Numbered from the stretch's first letter, positions 7,713-16,136 are shown. The stretch is DNA of 24,000 nt from Acidimicrobiales bacterium (GCA_035525495.1 DATLED010000089.1:8319-32318), one strand, 5' to 3'. Notes: generated by a model from the letters alone, not told the origin. Made by a program: numbers and translations.

Positions 7713-8179
7713 CGCCCGACCATCTCGGCCGGGCAGGCACCCCGGTCGTCGAGCCCGCCACGGTACGGGTCGACGATCTCGGTGTGCCGACCCACGGCCG
7801 TGAACCCGTGGCCGTGGGCCCCGATGACCGGTAGCGACAACAACGGCACGGGATACTCCGTCCGCACCGTCACCGCGGCGCACCGGCGCCGAGAGATCCG
7901 CTCGGGGATCACGGAGAGCTTCGACGGATCCCGTCCAGCACCGGCGACCGTCACCCGGGCCGCATCCTCCGCCTCGGCGAAGGCCTCACCGATCGATGAC
8001 GCGTCCGATTCGACGAACGCCCGCGTCGCCTCCCTCGCCGCGGCTCCGGCTGCCATCTTGGCGTCGACGACACCCCAAGCATTCGCGACGACGAGGGTCC
8101 CCAACACGAACACGAGCACGCCGAACACGAGCGCCTCGGCGCCCCCGACCTGGCCCTCCTCGCCCCGCACGACCGTCAC
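7709..8179 (-). CDS. TadE-like protein (minor pilin-like)
   Basis: GTG 8179-8177 overlaps the upstream TGA (GTGA). N-terminal hydrophobic helix GGAEALVFGVLVFVLGTLVVANAWGVVDAKMAAGAAAREA is typical of actinobacterial TadE-family proteins. Confidence 0.65.
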   Translation of the reverse strand: MTVVRGEEGQVGGAEALVFGVLVFVLGTLVVANAWGVVDAKMAAGAAAREATRAFVESDASSIGEAFAEAEDAARVTVAGAGRDPSKLSVIPERISRRRCAAVTVRTEYPVPLLSLPVIGAHGHGFTAVGRHTEIVDPYRGGLDDRGACPAEMVGR

Positions 8180-8532
8180 GGCGCCCGCTCGACGCGCACC
8201 CGCACCGTCCGCTCGATGGTGTCGAGTCCCATCGGCCGCCGCAGGGACGGCGGCAGGAACCCGGGGCTTCGTGCCCGCACGGTCAGGACGACGTCCCGAC
8301 CGTCCGGCGGATCCGACCACTCGAGGTCGAAGCCCTCCCGATCGGCATACCCGCCCAGCACCTCGTGGATGTGCGCCTCCGCCGCGGCACGCGCCGATGC
8401 GCGATCGCCGGATGCGTCGAACCCCGCCGCCAATCGGGCGCCGTCGAACGCGGCTGCCGTCACCGCCGAGCGGGCGTACAGCCCGTACAGCACCTGCACG
8501 GCGAACAGGAGCAGGACGAGGAAGACGACCAC
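8176..8532 (-). CDS. TadE-like protein; start uncertain
   Basis: Hydrophobic N-terminus (GAGLLSTTTG)VVVFLVLLLFAVQVLYGLYARSAVTAAAFDGARLAA directly after the flp stop. The first canonical in-frame start downstream of flp is GTG 8532; CTG 8553/8550 or an upstream start overlapping flp cannot be excluded. Confidence 0.5.
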   Translation of the reverse strand: MVVFLVLLLFAVQVLYGLYARSAVTAAAFDGARLAAGFDASGDRASARAAAEAHIHEVLGGYADREGFDLEWSDPPDGRDVVLTVRARSPGFLPPSLRRPMGLDTIERTVRVRVERAP

Positions 8533-8561
8533 CCCCGTGGTCGTCGACAGCAGCCCGGCGC

Positions 8562-8792
8562 CTACTTCCCGATCTGGTCCACCTGCTGGTCGACGTTCTT
8601 CTGCGTCTTGTCGAACGTCAGCTTGAACCCACCCCACACGGCGACCCCGAGGAACGCCATGATCAGCACGGCGATCGCCGCGGAGATCACGCCCTCGCCG
8701 ATCTCGCTGCGCACGACGCGGTCGCGCAGGCGCGGCTGGTCGGCCCGCAGGACGAGTTGCCAGACGTAGAGTCGCAACAGGTGCTCGGTCAT
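8562..8792 (-). CDS. flp: Flp-family prepilin-like protein (76 aa)
   Basis: GAAAGGA SD 7 nt before ATG 8792. Charged leader ...RDRVVRSEIG, then hydrophobic EGVISAAIAVLIMAFLGVAVWGGF and a short polar tail. Sits between tadC and the TadE-like genes. Confidence 0.6.
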   Translation of the reverse strand: MTEHLLRLYVWQLVLRADQPRLRDRVVRSEIGEGVISAAIAVLIMAFLGVAVWGGFKLTFDKTQKNVDQQVDQIGK

Positions 8793-8810
8793 TCGAGGTT
8801 CCTTTCGTCG

Positions 8811-9716
8811 TCACGATCCGGAGAAGAGGCGAAGCGCCTCGATAAACGGGATGGCCATGAAGATCACACCGGGCACGAGGGTCGCCACCGTGACCGGGAT
8901 CCAGACGGACTGGCTGCGGCGCTCCATCGTCTCGACGAGCTCGCGTTGCACGTCACGCCGGATGTTGCGGGCCTCGTCCGAGATGAGCCGTCCGAGGTCG
9001 CTCGCCTCGCGATTCAGCGCAAGGACGGGGACGAGCCGGTGCAGCGCGGTCACGTCGGCGGCGTCGGCCCACTCCCGCAACGCGTCGGCCTCCGACAACC
9101 CCTGGCGGATCCGTCCGACGACGCGGCGGAGGTCTTCGGCGCACGCGCCGCTCCCGCGCGCCGAGAGGCGTGTGAGCGCGGCGCCGAGCGAGTAGCCCGC
9201 GGACAGGAGCATCGCGAGCTGCTCGGCGAGCACGGGGAGCTCCAGGAAGAGACGACGTTGCCGAGCCGCCGATGCCCCTGATATCTGCTGCTCGACCAGC
9301 AGGAAGGCGAGGAGGGGGGCGGCGACGAGCAACAGGAGGGCAATGGGAGGCGGCGGCCGGAGCCCGACGACGCAGACAGCCGCGATGCCCGCGGCTGCGG
9401 TCATGCGGCCAACCTGGCGGATGCGGAACGTCGTCACATCGAGCGGCGAGTGCAGACGTTCCAGCTTCAGCGCCAGTTCCTCACTGACCCCGAACAGGCG
9501 GGCCAGACGCTCACCGATCGTGCGCGACAGCGGAGCGACGACGTCGCGGAAGGACTCGACCGACAAGAGGCCGGTCCGGTCGTCGGCGCCGAGGCCGCCC
9601 GGGGCATAGGGACGGAGTCGTTGTGTCAACGGTGCGCGTGCGAACCAGCGCACCTCGCTCAGCACGAGCGTCGCCCCGACCCAGAGCGGAAAGACGGCAG
9701 CAAGCGCGAGCCTCAT
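8811..9716 (-). CDS. tadC: Type II secretion system F-family inner-membrane protein TadC
   Basis: ATG 9716-9714 overlaps the tadB TGA (ATGA). T2SS-F helical domain LPVLAEQLAMLLSAGYSLGAAL plus terminal TM segments. The track ORF (479 aa) extends upstream as shadow. Confidence 0.8.
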   Translation of the reverse strand: MRLALAAVFPLWVGATLVLSEVRWFARAPLTQRLRPYAPGGLGADDRTGLLSVESFRDVVAPLSRTIGERLARLFGVSEELALKLERLHSPLDVTTFRIRQVGRMTAAAGIAAVCVVGLRPPPPIALLLLVAAPLLAFLLVEQQISGASAARQRRLFLELPVLAEQLAMLLSAGYSLGAALTRLSARGSGACAEDLRRVVGRIRQGLSEADALREWADAADVTALHRLVPVLALNREASDLGRLISDEARNIRRDVQRELVETMERRSQSVWIPVTVATLVPGVIFMAIPFIEALRLFSGS

Positions 9717-10600
9717 GCGAAGACCCGCTCCTCTTCGGGGAGCTGCATCAGGCGACCCGCCCACATCCAGCACGCCACGACCACGGCGATGCCCACGGCC
9801 ACGAGCACCTGACCGGGCGCGGTCTGGTACGCGGCGCGACCCGTCCCGATCGACAGACCGGCGAGCGCCATGCCGAACGGGACGATGAGCACGAACCGTC
9901 GCGCGAAGCGCACCCCTGCCTGCTTTGCCTGTGCGTCCTTCCGGCCTTGGACGTCCTGGATGCGGTCCTCGGCCAGCGCCGCCAGCCGCCGATCCACGTC
10001 TGCGCCGCCCACGTCGTGGGCGACGAGCAAGGTCTCGCATGCCGCGTCGGCGGTCGGATCGGCGAGCCGCGCCTTGAGGACGGAGGTGGTGCGGGCGAAG
10101 TCGGTCGAGATCAGCCACTCTCGCTCGGCCGCGGCGAACGCCGGACGCAGCTCGGCCGGTGCCCGCCGGCCGACCTCGAGCAGGGCCTGGGGGATCGACC
10201 GTCCGAGGCTGCCGGTAAGGAGCCGGATCTCCTCGATCATCCGCGGCCACGACTCACGCGCTTCGGCGCGACGCCGGTCCCGTCGCGCCTTCGCCGACGC
10301 GGGCGGAAAGGTCGCCGCGAAGCCGCCGGCGAGCGCGGGCGCGACCACGCCGCCGAAGAGGATGTAGCCGATGGTGGCGCCGACGAGCACCAGGAAGGCG
10401 ACGACGGTGGCGAACTCGCGCGGACGCACGCCGTCGAGGCCCGACTGCGCCATCCACTCCTGCAGGCGCGCCGTCGGTACTTTCGCCGGTCTGTTCGTCG
10501 ACGCCGGTCCGAGGCCGACGCCGCGCCACCCCAGGACCAATGCCGTGTACAGGAGGAACACGCCGTAGGCGCCGAGGACCGCAAGCAGGAGACCCGTCAT
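9713..10600 (-). CDS. tadB: Type II secretion system F-family inner-membrane protein TadB
   Basis: 295 aa. N- and C-terminal TM segments flank a cytoplasmic helical domain (WPRMIEEIRLLTGSLGRSIPQALLEVG). Starts 4 nt after the cpaF stop. Confidence 0.8.
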   Translation of the reverse strand: MTGLLLAVLGAYGVFLLYTALVLGWRGVGLGPASTNRPAKVPTARLQEWMAQSGLDGVRPREFATVVAFLVLVGATIGYILFGGVVAPALAGGFAATFPPASAKARRDRRRAEARESWPRMIEEIRLLTGSLGRSIPQALLEVGRRAPAELRPAFAAAEREWLISTDFARTTSVLKARLADPTADAACETLLVAHDVGGADVDRRLAALAEDRIQDVQGRKDAQAKQAGVRFARRFVLIVPFGMALAGLSIGTGRAAYQTAPGQVLVAVGIAVVVACWMWAGRLMQLPEEERVFA

Positions 10601-10604
10601 CGGC

Positions 10605-11900
10605 TCAGCGGACGGCGAACGCGTCGAGCAGGGCTCCGACGTCGTAGCCGGCGAGCTCGAGCGGCCGGGCGATCCGCACTGGGAGGTTGCCCGTCCAGTG
10701 CAGCGGCTTGTCGCTGCGCTCTCGCTGGTAGAGATCCGTGACGGTGAAGTTCGTCGATTCCCGACTGGTCTGCAGGTCCTCGACGGCGATGATCTCGGTG
10801 ACCTGCGGCCGTCCGCCGGAGCGGGCGCAGTGGACCACGAGGTCGATCGACTCGCTGACGAGGCTGTTGAGCGCCGACATCGGTAGCTCGTTCGCCGTGT
10901 CGGCGAGCTGACTGATGAAGCGCAGGCGGGTCAGGGCCTGGCGGGCGCTGCCTGCATGGATCGTCGTGTAGCCCTTCACCCCGGAGCTGAGCGTGAGCAG
11001 GAGGGGAAGCGCTTCGCGGTCGCGCACCTCGCCGACGATGGCGATGTCGGGTGCCATGCGGAGGAAGCCGGCGACAAGGCGGCGGAGGTCGACCTCGGGG
11101 CGATCGGTGCGGGCGGGCCGTGTCTGCATGTGCGCGACGTTCGGGAGCGGCACGTCGGTCTCGAAGACCTCTTCCGCGACGACGACCCTCAGCGCCGGGT
11201 CGAGCTCGGCGGCGCAGCACGACATGAGCGTCGTCTTGCCGGAGCCTGGCGCGCCGGCGAAGAGGATCGTGAGCTTCGCTCCGACGCACGCGCGCAGGAA
11301 ACCGGCGACAGGTGCGTCGAGCATGTCGCGCTCGACGAGCTCGTCGAGGCTGCGAATGGCGAGACCGTTGAACTTGCGAATGTTGACGAGGACGTGACCA
11401 TCGCGTCCGACGTCGCCGTGCACGATGTGGATGCGGGCGCCGGTGTCGAGCTGTGCGTCCTGCAGCCCTTCGGCGGCGTCGAGCTTGCGGTGGGAACCGG
11501 CGGCGTCGTCGAGGATCTTCGTCAACGTGCGGAGGACGTGTTCGTCGTCGTGGAACGCTTCCTCGTGATAGCCGGAGACGCCCTGGTGACGCTTGACGAA
11601 CACCTCGGCCGGCGCGTTGATCATGATCTCCCAGACATCGTCGTCGTCGAGGAGCGCCTGGAGCGGCCCGTAGGCGGCAAGGTTCCGGTAGGTGCGCTCG
11701 ACGACGAGGTCGGGGTCGGGGAGGTCGTAGGGGCGCAGGCCGCGCTTGAAATCGTCGGACCACCGGCCGACCTCGTCCTCGATCAGCGAATGGATCTGCG
11801 ACGAACCTTCGGGCTTCGCCATGTCAATGGCGAGCGTCTTCGCGCGCTCTTGCACGGCGCGTTCGATCTCGACCAGCGGCGAGAGATCAGCGTCCGCCAT
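10605..11900 (-). CDS. cpaF: Tad/Flp pilus assembly ATPase CpaF/TadA (type II/IV secretion ATPase family)
   Basis: Walker A GAPGSGKTTLM, Walker B region DIAIVGEVRD, His box TTIHAGS. Start set at ATG 11900 (GGAG SD 8 nt upstream), not GTG 12122, because codons in 12020-12060 are A/T-ending and unlike the rest of the window. Confidence 0.9.
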   Translation of the reverse strand: MADADLSPLVEIERAVQERAKTLAIDMAKPEGSSQIHSLIEDEVGRWSDDFKRGLRPYDLPDPDLVVERTYRNLAAYGPLQALLDDDDVWEIMINAPAEVFVKRHQGVSGYHEEAFHDDEHVLRTLTKILDDAAGSHRKLDAAEGLQDAQLDTGARIHIVHGDVGRDGHVLVNIRKFNGLAIRSLDELVERDMLDAPVAGFLRACVGAKLTILFAGAPGSGKTTLMSCCAAELDPALRVVVAEEVFETDVPLPNVAHMQTRPARTDRPEVDLRRLVAGFLRMAPDIAIVGEVRDREALPLLLTLSSGVKGYTTIHAGSARQALTRLRFISQLADTANELPMSALNSLVSESIDLVVHCARSGGRPQVTEIIAVEDLQTSRESTNFTVTDLYQRERSDKPLHWTGNLPVRIARPLELAGYDVGALLDAFAVR

Positions 11901-12038
11901 CAGCCCGGCTCCGAGATGAGGGCTCCGCAACCGGACGACGTTGGCCACAATTCGTGGTTCGCCTTCGGGGTGCGACCTTCCTGCCGCACGCCGCAGTGGT
12001 CCTGCGGCATCTCCCTTGCGTAGCAATGCATGAAAATC

Positions 12039-12044
12039 ACTATA
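12039..12044 (-). promoter_or_regulatory. Candidate -10 box (TATAGT) for the tad operon inside an AT-rich island
   Basis: The minus strand reads GGTAGTTATAGTGATTTTCATGCATTGCTA, the most AT-rich stretch of the centre of the window, about 140 nt upstream of the cpaF ATG. No convincing -35. Confidence 0.3.
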
Positions 12045-12059
12045 ACTACCGGAACCGTG

Positions 12060-12421
12060 CGCCTGCAGTGGTTCGACGGAGACCTCCCGGCCTTCTCGGT
12101 AGCGGTCCCGGTGCCGAGACACGCTCCTCGCGCGGCAAGGTGAAGTCCGAGGGCGTCAACCAGCGACAGGGCTCGGAGCTGTCCTCGAGCTGAGAGCGCC
12201 GCTTGGAGTTCCAGGCTGCGCCGTTGGTCGGCGTCGGTGACGGCGACGGTCGGCTCGAAGGTGACCGGGGCGCACACGCCAACGCGTCGCTCGGCCGCTC
12301 GTGGGGCGAAGGCGGCAGCGACCGGCGGCTTGGAAAGGCGGGCGAAGACGCTGGTGTCGGCGAGGTAGGCCAGTCGGCCCACTCCATCGTCGCGCGCCCG
12401 CGTCTGGGCGGGGTCAACCAC
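12060..12421 (-). pseudogene. Decayed PIN-domain (VapC-like) toxin gene
   Basis: Frame A reads VGRLAYLADTSVFARLSKPPV...VGVCAPVTFE...LSARGQLRALSLVDAL..LAARGA (PIN Asp, Glu, Asp positions). The expected C-terminal H-x-D-x-D-Y block appears only in another frame (VSRHRDRYREGREVSVEPL). The central region is about 20 aa shorter than usual, and there is no antitoxin ORF upstream. Confidence 0.4.
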
Positions 12422-12485
12422 CGCCCGGGTGGTTCAGCCCGCCCAGAACAGCGGCGACCACGATCACCCCAGCTTCGGCACCCCG

Positions 12486-13322
12486 TCAGAACCCCAATCG
12501 CTCGAGCGCCTTGGGTCGGCGCTGCCAGTCCTTGTCGACCTTGACGAAGAGCTCGAGGTACGCCCCGTCGGGCAGCTGCGCACGCACGGCCTGACCGACC
12601 GCCTTCAGCACGGACCCGCCCTTCCCGATCACGATCCCCTTCTGGGAGTCCCGCTCCACGAGGATCTCGCACCGGATCAGCGGCCACTCCCACTCGGTCA
12701 CCCGGGTGGCGATCGAATGCGGCAGCTCCTGCTGGGCCACGATCAGCAGCTGCTCCCGCACCAGCTCCGCCACCCAGAACGCCTCGGGCACATCGGTGAC
12801 CATGTCGTCGGGATACAGCTGCGGGCCCTGCGGCATCCGGCCGACGATCGCCGAGACCAACGCGTCCACGCCGTCACCCGTCGAGGCCGACAGCGGGAAG
12901 TACTCCGCCTTCTCGAGCCCCCCGGCCGCGGCCAGCTGGCGCAGCACCTGCTCGGGCGACGCGAGGTCGACCTTGTTGACCACGACGAAGGAGTCGGCCG
13001 GCACCCGCGAGGCCACCCAACGATCGCCCTTTCCGACGGGCGCCGTCGCGTCAAGCACGAGCACGACGACGTCGACATCGGACACGGCGTCTTGCGCGGT
13101 GTCGTTCAGCCGCTCGCCCAACAACGTCCGCGGCTTGTGGATCCCCGGCGTGTCCACGAACACCACCTGGGAGTCGATCCGCGTCAGCACGCCGCGAACC
13201 TGCGAGCGGGTCGTCTGGGGCTTGTCGGAGACGATCGACACCTTGGTGCCGAGGATCCGGTTCAGCAGCGTCGACTTCCCGACGTTGGGCCGTCCGACGA
13301 ATGTGGCGAACCCGGAGCGCAT
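12486..13322 (-). CDS. era: GTPase Era
   Basis: MRSGFATFVGRPNVGKSTLLN (G1), DTPG (G3), NKVD (G4), C-terminal KH domain ...KGGSVLKAVGQAVRAQL. ATG 13322 chosen; the upstream part of the track ORF is R/C-rich shadow. Confidence 0.93.
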   Translation of the reverse strand: MRSGFATFVGRPNVGKSTLLNRILGTKVSIVSDKPQTTRSQVRGVLTRIDSQVVFVDTPGIHKPRTLLGERLNDTAQDAVSDVDVVVLVLDATAPVGKGDRWVASRVPADSFVVVNKVDLASPEQVLRQLAAAGGLEKAEYFPLSASTGDGVDALVSAIVGRMPQGPQLYPDDMVTDVPEAFWVAELVREQLLIVAQQELPHSIATRVTEWEWPLIRCEILVERDSQKGIVIGKGGSVLKAVGQAVRAQLPDGAYLELFVKVDKDWQRRPKALERLGF

Positions 13323-13332
13323 CGGTTCGACG

Positions 13333-14613
13333 CTACGACGACTCGTCGGAGGACGGCACCGGGGCCGGCACCCGCAGGATGCGGACCCGCCCGATGCGCC
13401 GCCCCTGCACCTTCTCCGCCACCAGTCGGTAGCCGTCGTGCTCGACTCCCTCGCCCTCGGTCGGCACGTGACCCAACAGGTTGAACACGAACCCACCGAT
13501 CGTGTCCCAGTCGCCCTCGGGGAAATCGGCGGCGACGAGCTCGTTGACCTCGTCCAACGGCATGCGGGCGTTCACGCGATACGCGCCACCCGTGAGCGCC
13601 TCGATCGAGGGCTCCTCGACGTCGAACTCGTCCACGATCTCACCGACGAGCTCCTCGATGAGGTCCTCGAGGGTCACGAGGCCGGCGGTTCCGCCGTACT
13701 CGTCCACGACGATGGCGATGTGGAACTTGTCCTTCTGCATCTCCCGCATGAGCTCCGCGACCTTCTTGCCTTCCGGCACGAACTCCGCCTTTCGGGCGAC
13801 GTCCCGGGCGGTGCGGTCACCGCGCTCGTCCTCGCGCATCGTGCGCATGAGGTCCTTCGTGTAGACGATCCCGATCACGTCGTCGATCCCCTGGTCGTAG
13901 ACGGGAATGCGGGAGAAACCGGCAGCGATCGCGACTTCGAGCACGTCGCTGACACGATCCCGACCCTCGACCGCCACCATGTCAGGCCGCGGCACCATCA
14001 CCTCGCGCGCCACGGTGTCGCCGAACTCGATGATCGAACGGATCAGCGCCCGCTCCTCGTGCTCGATCGTCTCGTCCTCGGTGGCGACGTCGACCGTCGC
14101 CAACAGCTCCTCCTCGGACACGAACGGACCGGACTGCAGTCCCTTGCCGGGGAGGATCACGTTCGACAGGCCGATCAGCAAGCGCGCCAGCAACCGGATC
14201 GGAGGGAAGTTGACGATGGCGGCGACGATCGGCGCCGCCAGCAGCGCGGCCCGTTCGGGGTGCTGCACCGCCCACGTCTTCGGCGCCGCCTCGGCGAGCA
14301 CGAAGATGACGACGACCTCGATGAAGGTCGCGATGACGATGCCCCACGCGCCGTACTGCTCGAAGAGGATCCCGACGAGGATCGAGGCCACGATGTGGCA
14401 CACGAGCAACAGCAGCAGAACCGGGTTGAGGAACCGTTCGGGGTGCTCGACGAGGCTCGTGAGCAACCCGGCGCCGCGCCGACCCTGATCCGCGAGCGTC
14501 TGTGCCTTGATCCGGTTCATCCGCGTGAGGCTCGTCTCGGCCAGAGCCAGGAAGCCGGCGAGGACGATCAGGCCGAGGATGGCGACGAGGACGCCGATGT
14601 CCGCGCCGGTCAC
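13333..14613 (-). CDS. DUF21/CBS-pair/CorC_HlyC-domain membrane protein (CorC/TlyC-like hemolysin family)
   Basis: GTG 14613-14611 overlaps the ybeY TGA (GTGA). N-terminal DUF21 TM domain (LALAETSLTRMNRIK), CBS pair (VAREVMVPRPDMV...IPVYDQGIDDVIGIVYTKDL) and C-terminal transporter-associated domain. Confidence 0.9.
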   Translation of the reverse strand: MTGADIGVLVAILGLIVLAGFLALAETSLTRMNRIKAQTLADQGRRGAGLLTSLVEHPERFLNPVLLLLLVCHIVASILVGILFEQYGAWGIVIATFIEVVVIFVLAEAAPKTWAVQHPERAALLAAPIVAAIVNFPPIRLLARLLIGLSNVILPGKGLQSGPFVSEEELLATVDVATEDETIEHEERALIRSIIEFGDTVAREVMVPRPDMVAVEGRDRVSDVLEVAIAAGFSRIPVYDQGIDDVIGIVYTKDLMRTMREDERGDRTARDVARKAEFVPEGKKVAELMREMQKDKFHIAIVVDEYGGTAGLVTLEDLIEELVGEIVDEFDVEEPSIEALTGGAYRVNARMPLDEVNELVAADFPEGDWDTIGGFVFNLLGHVPTEGEGVEHDGYRLVAEKVQGRRIGRVRILRVPAPVPSSDESS

Positions 14614-15131
14614 GAGGGCGAGCCCGACGAATTGCGGTGGAACCGGTCGAGGAGCTCCTGCTCGCGCTGTTCCATCAGCTCGGCCTCCTCGTCCTCGAGA
14701 TGGTCCATTCCGAGGAGGTGCAGGATCCCGTGGACGATCAACAGCGCGAGCTCGTCGTCGTAGGTGCCCGCGTGCTCGGGCGCGTTTCGGTGGGCGACGA
14801 GCGGGCACACGACCACGTCGCCCAGCATCATCGGCATGTCCGACGGCTCGATGGCGCTGTAGCCGGGACCGGTGCCGCCGGAGTCGGGCGACCGACCACC
14901 CTCGACGGGTTCCTCGTCGATCGGGAAGGCGAGGACGTCGGTCGGTCCGTCCTTGCCGTGGAACTGCTTGTTGAGGCCGGCCATCACCTCCTCGGCGACG
15001 AAGAGCATCGACAGCTCGCAGTCGTCGCGGATGCCTTCGGCGAGCAGCACGTCGGTCGCCAGGCGCACCCATCGCATCGTGTCGACCGGCCTGTCCGTCT
15101 GCTCGTCGGCGATGAACACCTCGATCCCCAT
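14610..15131 (-). CDS. ybeY: rRNA maturation endoribonuclease YbeY
   Basis: HGILHLLGMDH zinc-binding motif, TDVLAFP motif, 173 aa. Starts 2 nt after the phoH stop. Confidence 0.93.
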   Translation of the reverse strand: MGIEVFIADEQTDRPVDTMRWVRLATDVLLAEGIRDDCELSMLFVAEEVMAGLNKQFHGKDGPTDVLAFPIDEEPVEGGRSPDSGGTGPGYSAIEPSDMPMMLGDVVVCPLVAHRNAPEHAGTYDDELALLIVHGILHLLGMDHLEDEEAELMEQREQELLDRFHRNSSGSPS

Positions 15132-15133
15132 CG

Positions 15134-16111
15134 CTACGGTTTGACCCCGAGTGACCTCGCGTGGTCGTAGGCGTTGACGATGTCCTGCACGATCTTGTGG
15201 CGGACGACGTCGCTGGCGTCGAGGCGGACGAATGCGAGGCCGTCGATGCCGGTGAGGATCTGTTCGAGGTTGATGAGCCCGGACTTGCCCCCCTCGAGGT
15301 CGACTTGGGTGACGTCGCCGGTGACGACCGCCTTGCTCCCGAAGCCGATGCGGGTGAGGAACATCTTCATCTGTTCGGGCGTCGTGTTCTGCGCCTCGTC
15401 GAGGATGATGAAGCTGCCGTTCAGTGTGCGCCCACGCATGTAGGCGAGAGGCGCGATCTCGATGGCGCCCTTCTCCATGAGGCGAGGGACGGCATCGGTT
15501 CCGAGCATGTCGAAGAGGGCGTCGTAGAGCGGACGGAGGTACGGGTCGACCTTGGCCATGAGGTCGCCGGGCAGGAAGCCGAGTCGCTCGCCGGCCTCGA
15601 CCGCAGGGCGGGTGAGGATGATCCGCTCGACCTGCTTGGCCTGCAGCGCCTGCACCGCCAGCGCCACGGCAAGGTACGACTTGCCGGTGCCGGCGGGGCC
15701 GATGCCGAAGGTCACCGTGTGGTGGAGGATGGCGTCGGTGTAGCGCTTCTGCCCGCTCGTCTTCGGGCGAACCATGCGACCCCGCGCCGACTTGAGGATG
15801 TCACTGGTGAGGATCTCCGACGGGCGCTCGTCGGCCTTCACCATATCGATCGTGCGACCGATGTTGGCGACGTCGACGGAATTGCCCGCCTGCAGCAGCA
15901 GCACGAGCTCCTGAAAGAGACGCGCCACCCGCTCGGCCTGCGGGCCCTCGACGGTGATCTCGTTGCCCCGCACGTGGATGGGGGTGTCCGGGAACGCCGT
16001 CTCGACGAGCCGCAACAGCTCGTCGCGTTCACCGAGCAGCCCCACCATCAGGTGGTTGCCGGGGACCAGGACCTTCACCTGGGACGGGGTCGTACTTGGG
16101 GAGGTGGACAC
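15134..16111 (-). CDS. phoH: PhoH-like ATPase (PhoH/YbeZ)
   Basis: Walker A GPAGTGKSYLAV, ILTRPAVEAGERLGFLPGD, FIILDEAQN. The GTG 16111 start lacks an obvious SD, so the start is uncertain. Confidence 0.9.
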   Translation of the reverse strand: MSTSPSTTPSQVKVLVPGNHLMVGLLGERDELLRLVETAFPDTPIHVRGNEITVEGPQAERVARLFQELVLLLQAGNSVDVANIGRTIDMVKADERPSEILTSDILKSARGRMVRPKTSGQKRYTDAILHHTVTFGIGPAGTGKSYLAVALAVQALQAKQVERIILTRPAVEAGERLGFLPGDLMAKVDPYLRPLYDALFDMLGTDAVPRLMEKGAIEIAPLAYMRGRTLNGSFIILDEAQNTTPEQMKMFLTRIGFGSKAVVTGDVTQVDLEGGKSGLINLEQILTGIDGLAFVRLDASDVVRHKIVQDIVNAYDHARSLGVKP

Positions 16112-16136
16112 AGGTGGATTCGGATCGATGCTAGCC

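Noticed and set aside
5929-7761. 610-aa minus-strand ORF spanning the LysM gene, the GDWDCDG gene and two TadE-like genes
   Set aside because: Only its last 244 codons (from ATG 6663) look like protein. Upstream it is extreme R/G/P-rich shadow overlapping better-supported genes in other frames, and the ATGA overlap at 6660-6663 gives a natural start.
5917-9281. + strand ORFs of 455 aa (5917-7284) and 657 aa (7308-9281) across the tad region
   Set aside because: The translations are R/P/S/T-rich with no motifs, and they lie antisense to genes with recognisable TadE/TadC/LysM features and coupled start/stop overlaps.
11940-12030. Possible c-di-GMP (GEMM-like) riboswitch in the cpaF leader
   Set aside because: There are only vague similarities (ACGCAAGGGAGA, GC-rich helices). 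I cannot reproduce the conserved GEMM architecture by eye, so I report it only as a structured leader. It needs a covariance-model scan.
10597-12122. The CpaF ORF starting at GTG 12122 (505 aa), and the overlapping 388-aa R-rich ORF 10597-11763
   Set aside because: The first 74 codons of the long CpaF version cross the AT-rich island with A/T-ending codons (ggt agt tat agt gat ttt cat gca ttg cta). ATG 11900 has a GGAG SD. The 388-aa ORF is arginine/proline shadow.
12706-14763. 685-aa + strand ORF antisense to era and the CBS/CorC gene
   Set aside because: The opposite strand encodes canonical Era G-motifs and CBS/DUF21 domains. The + strand translation has no recognisable domain.
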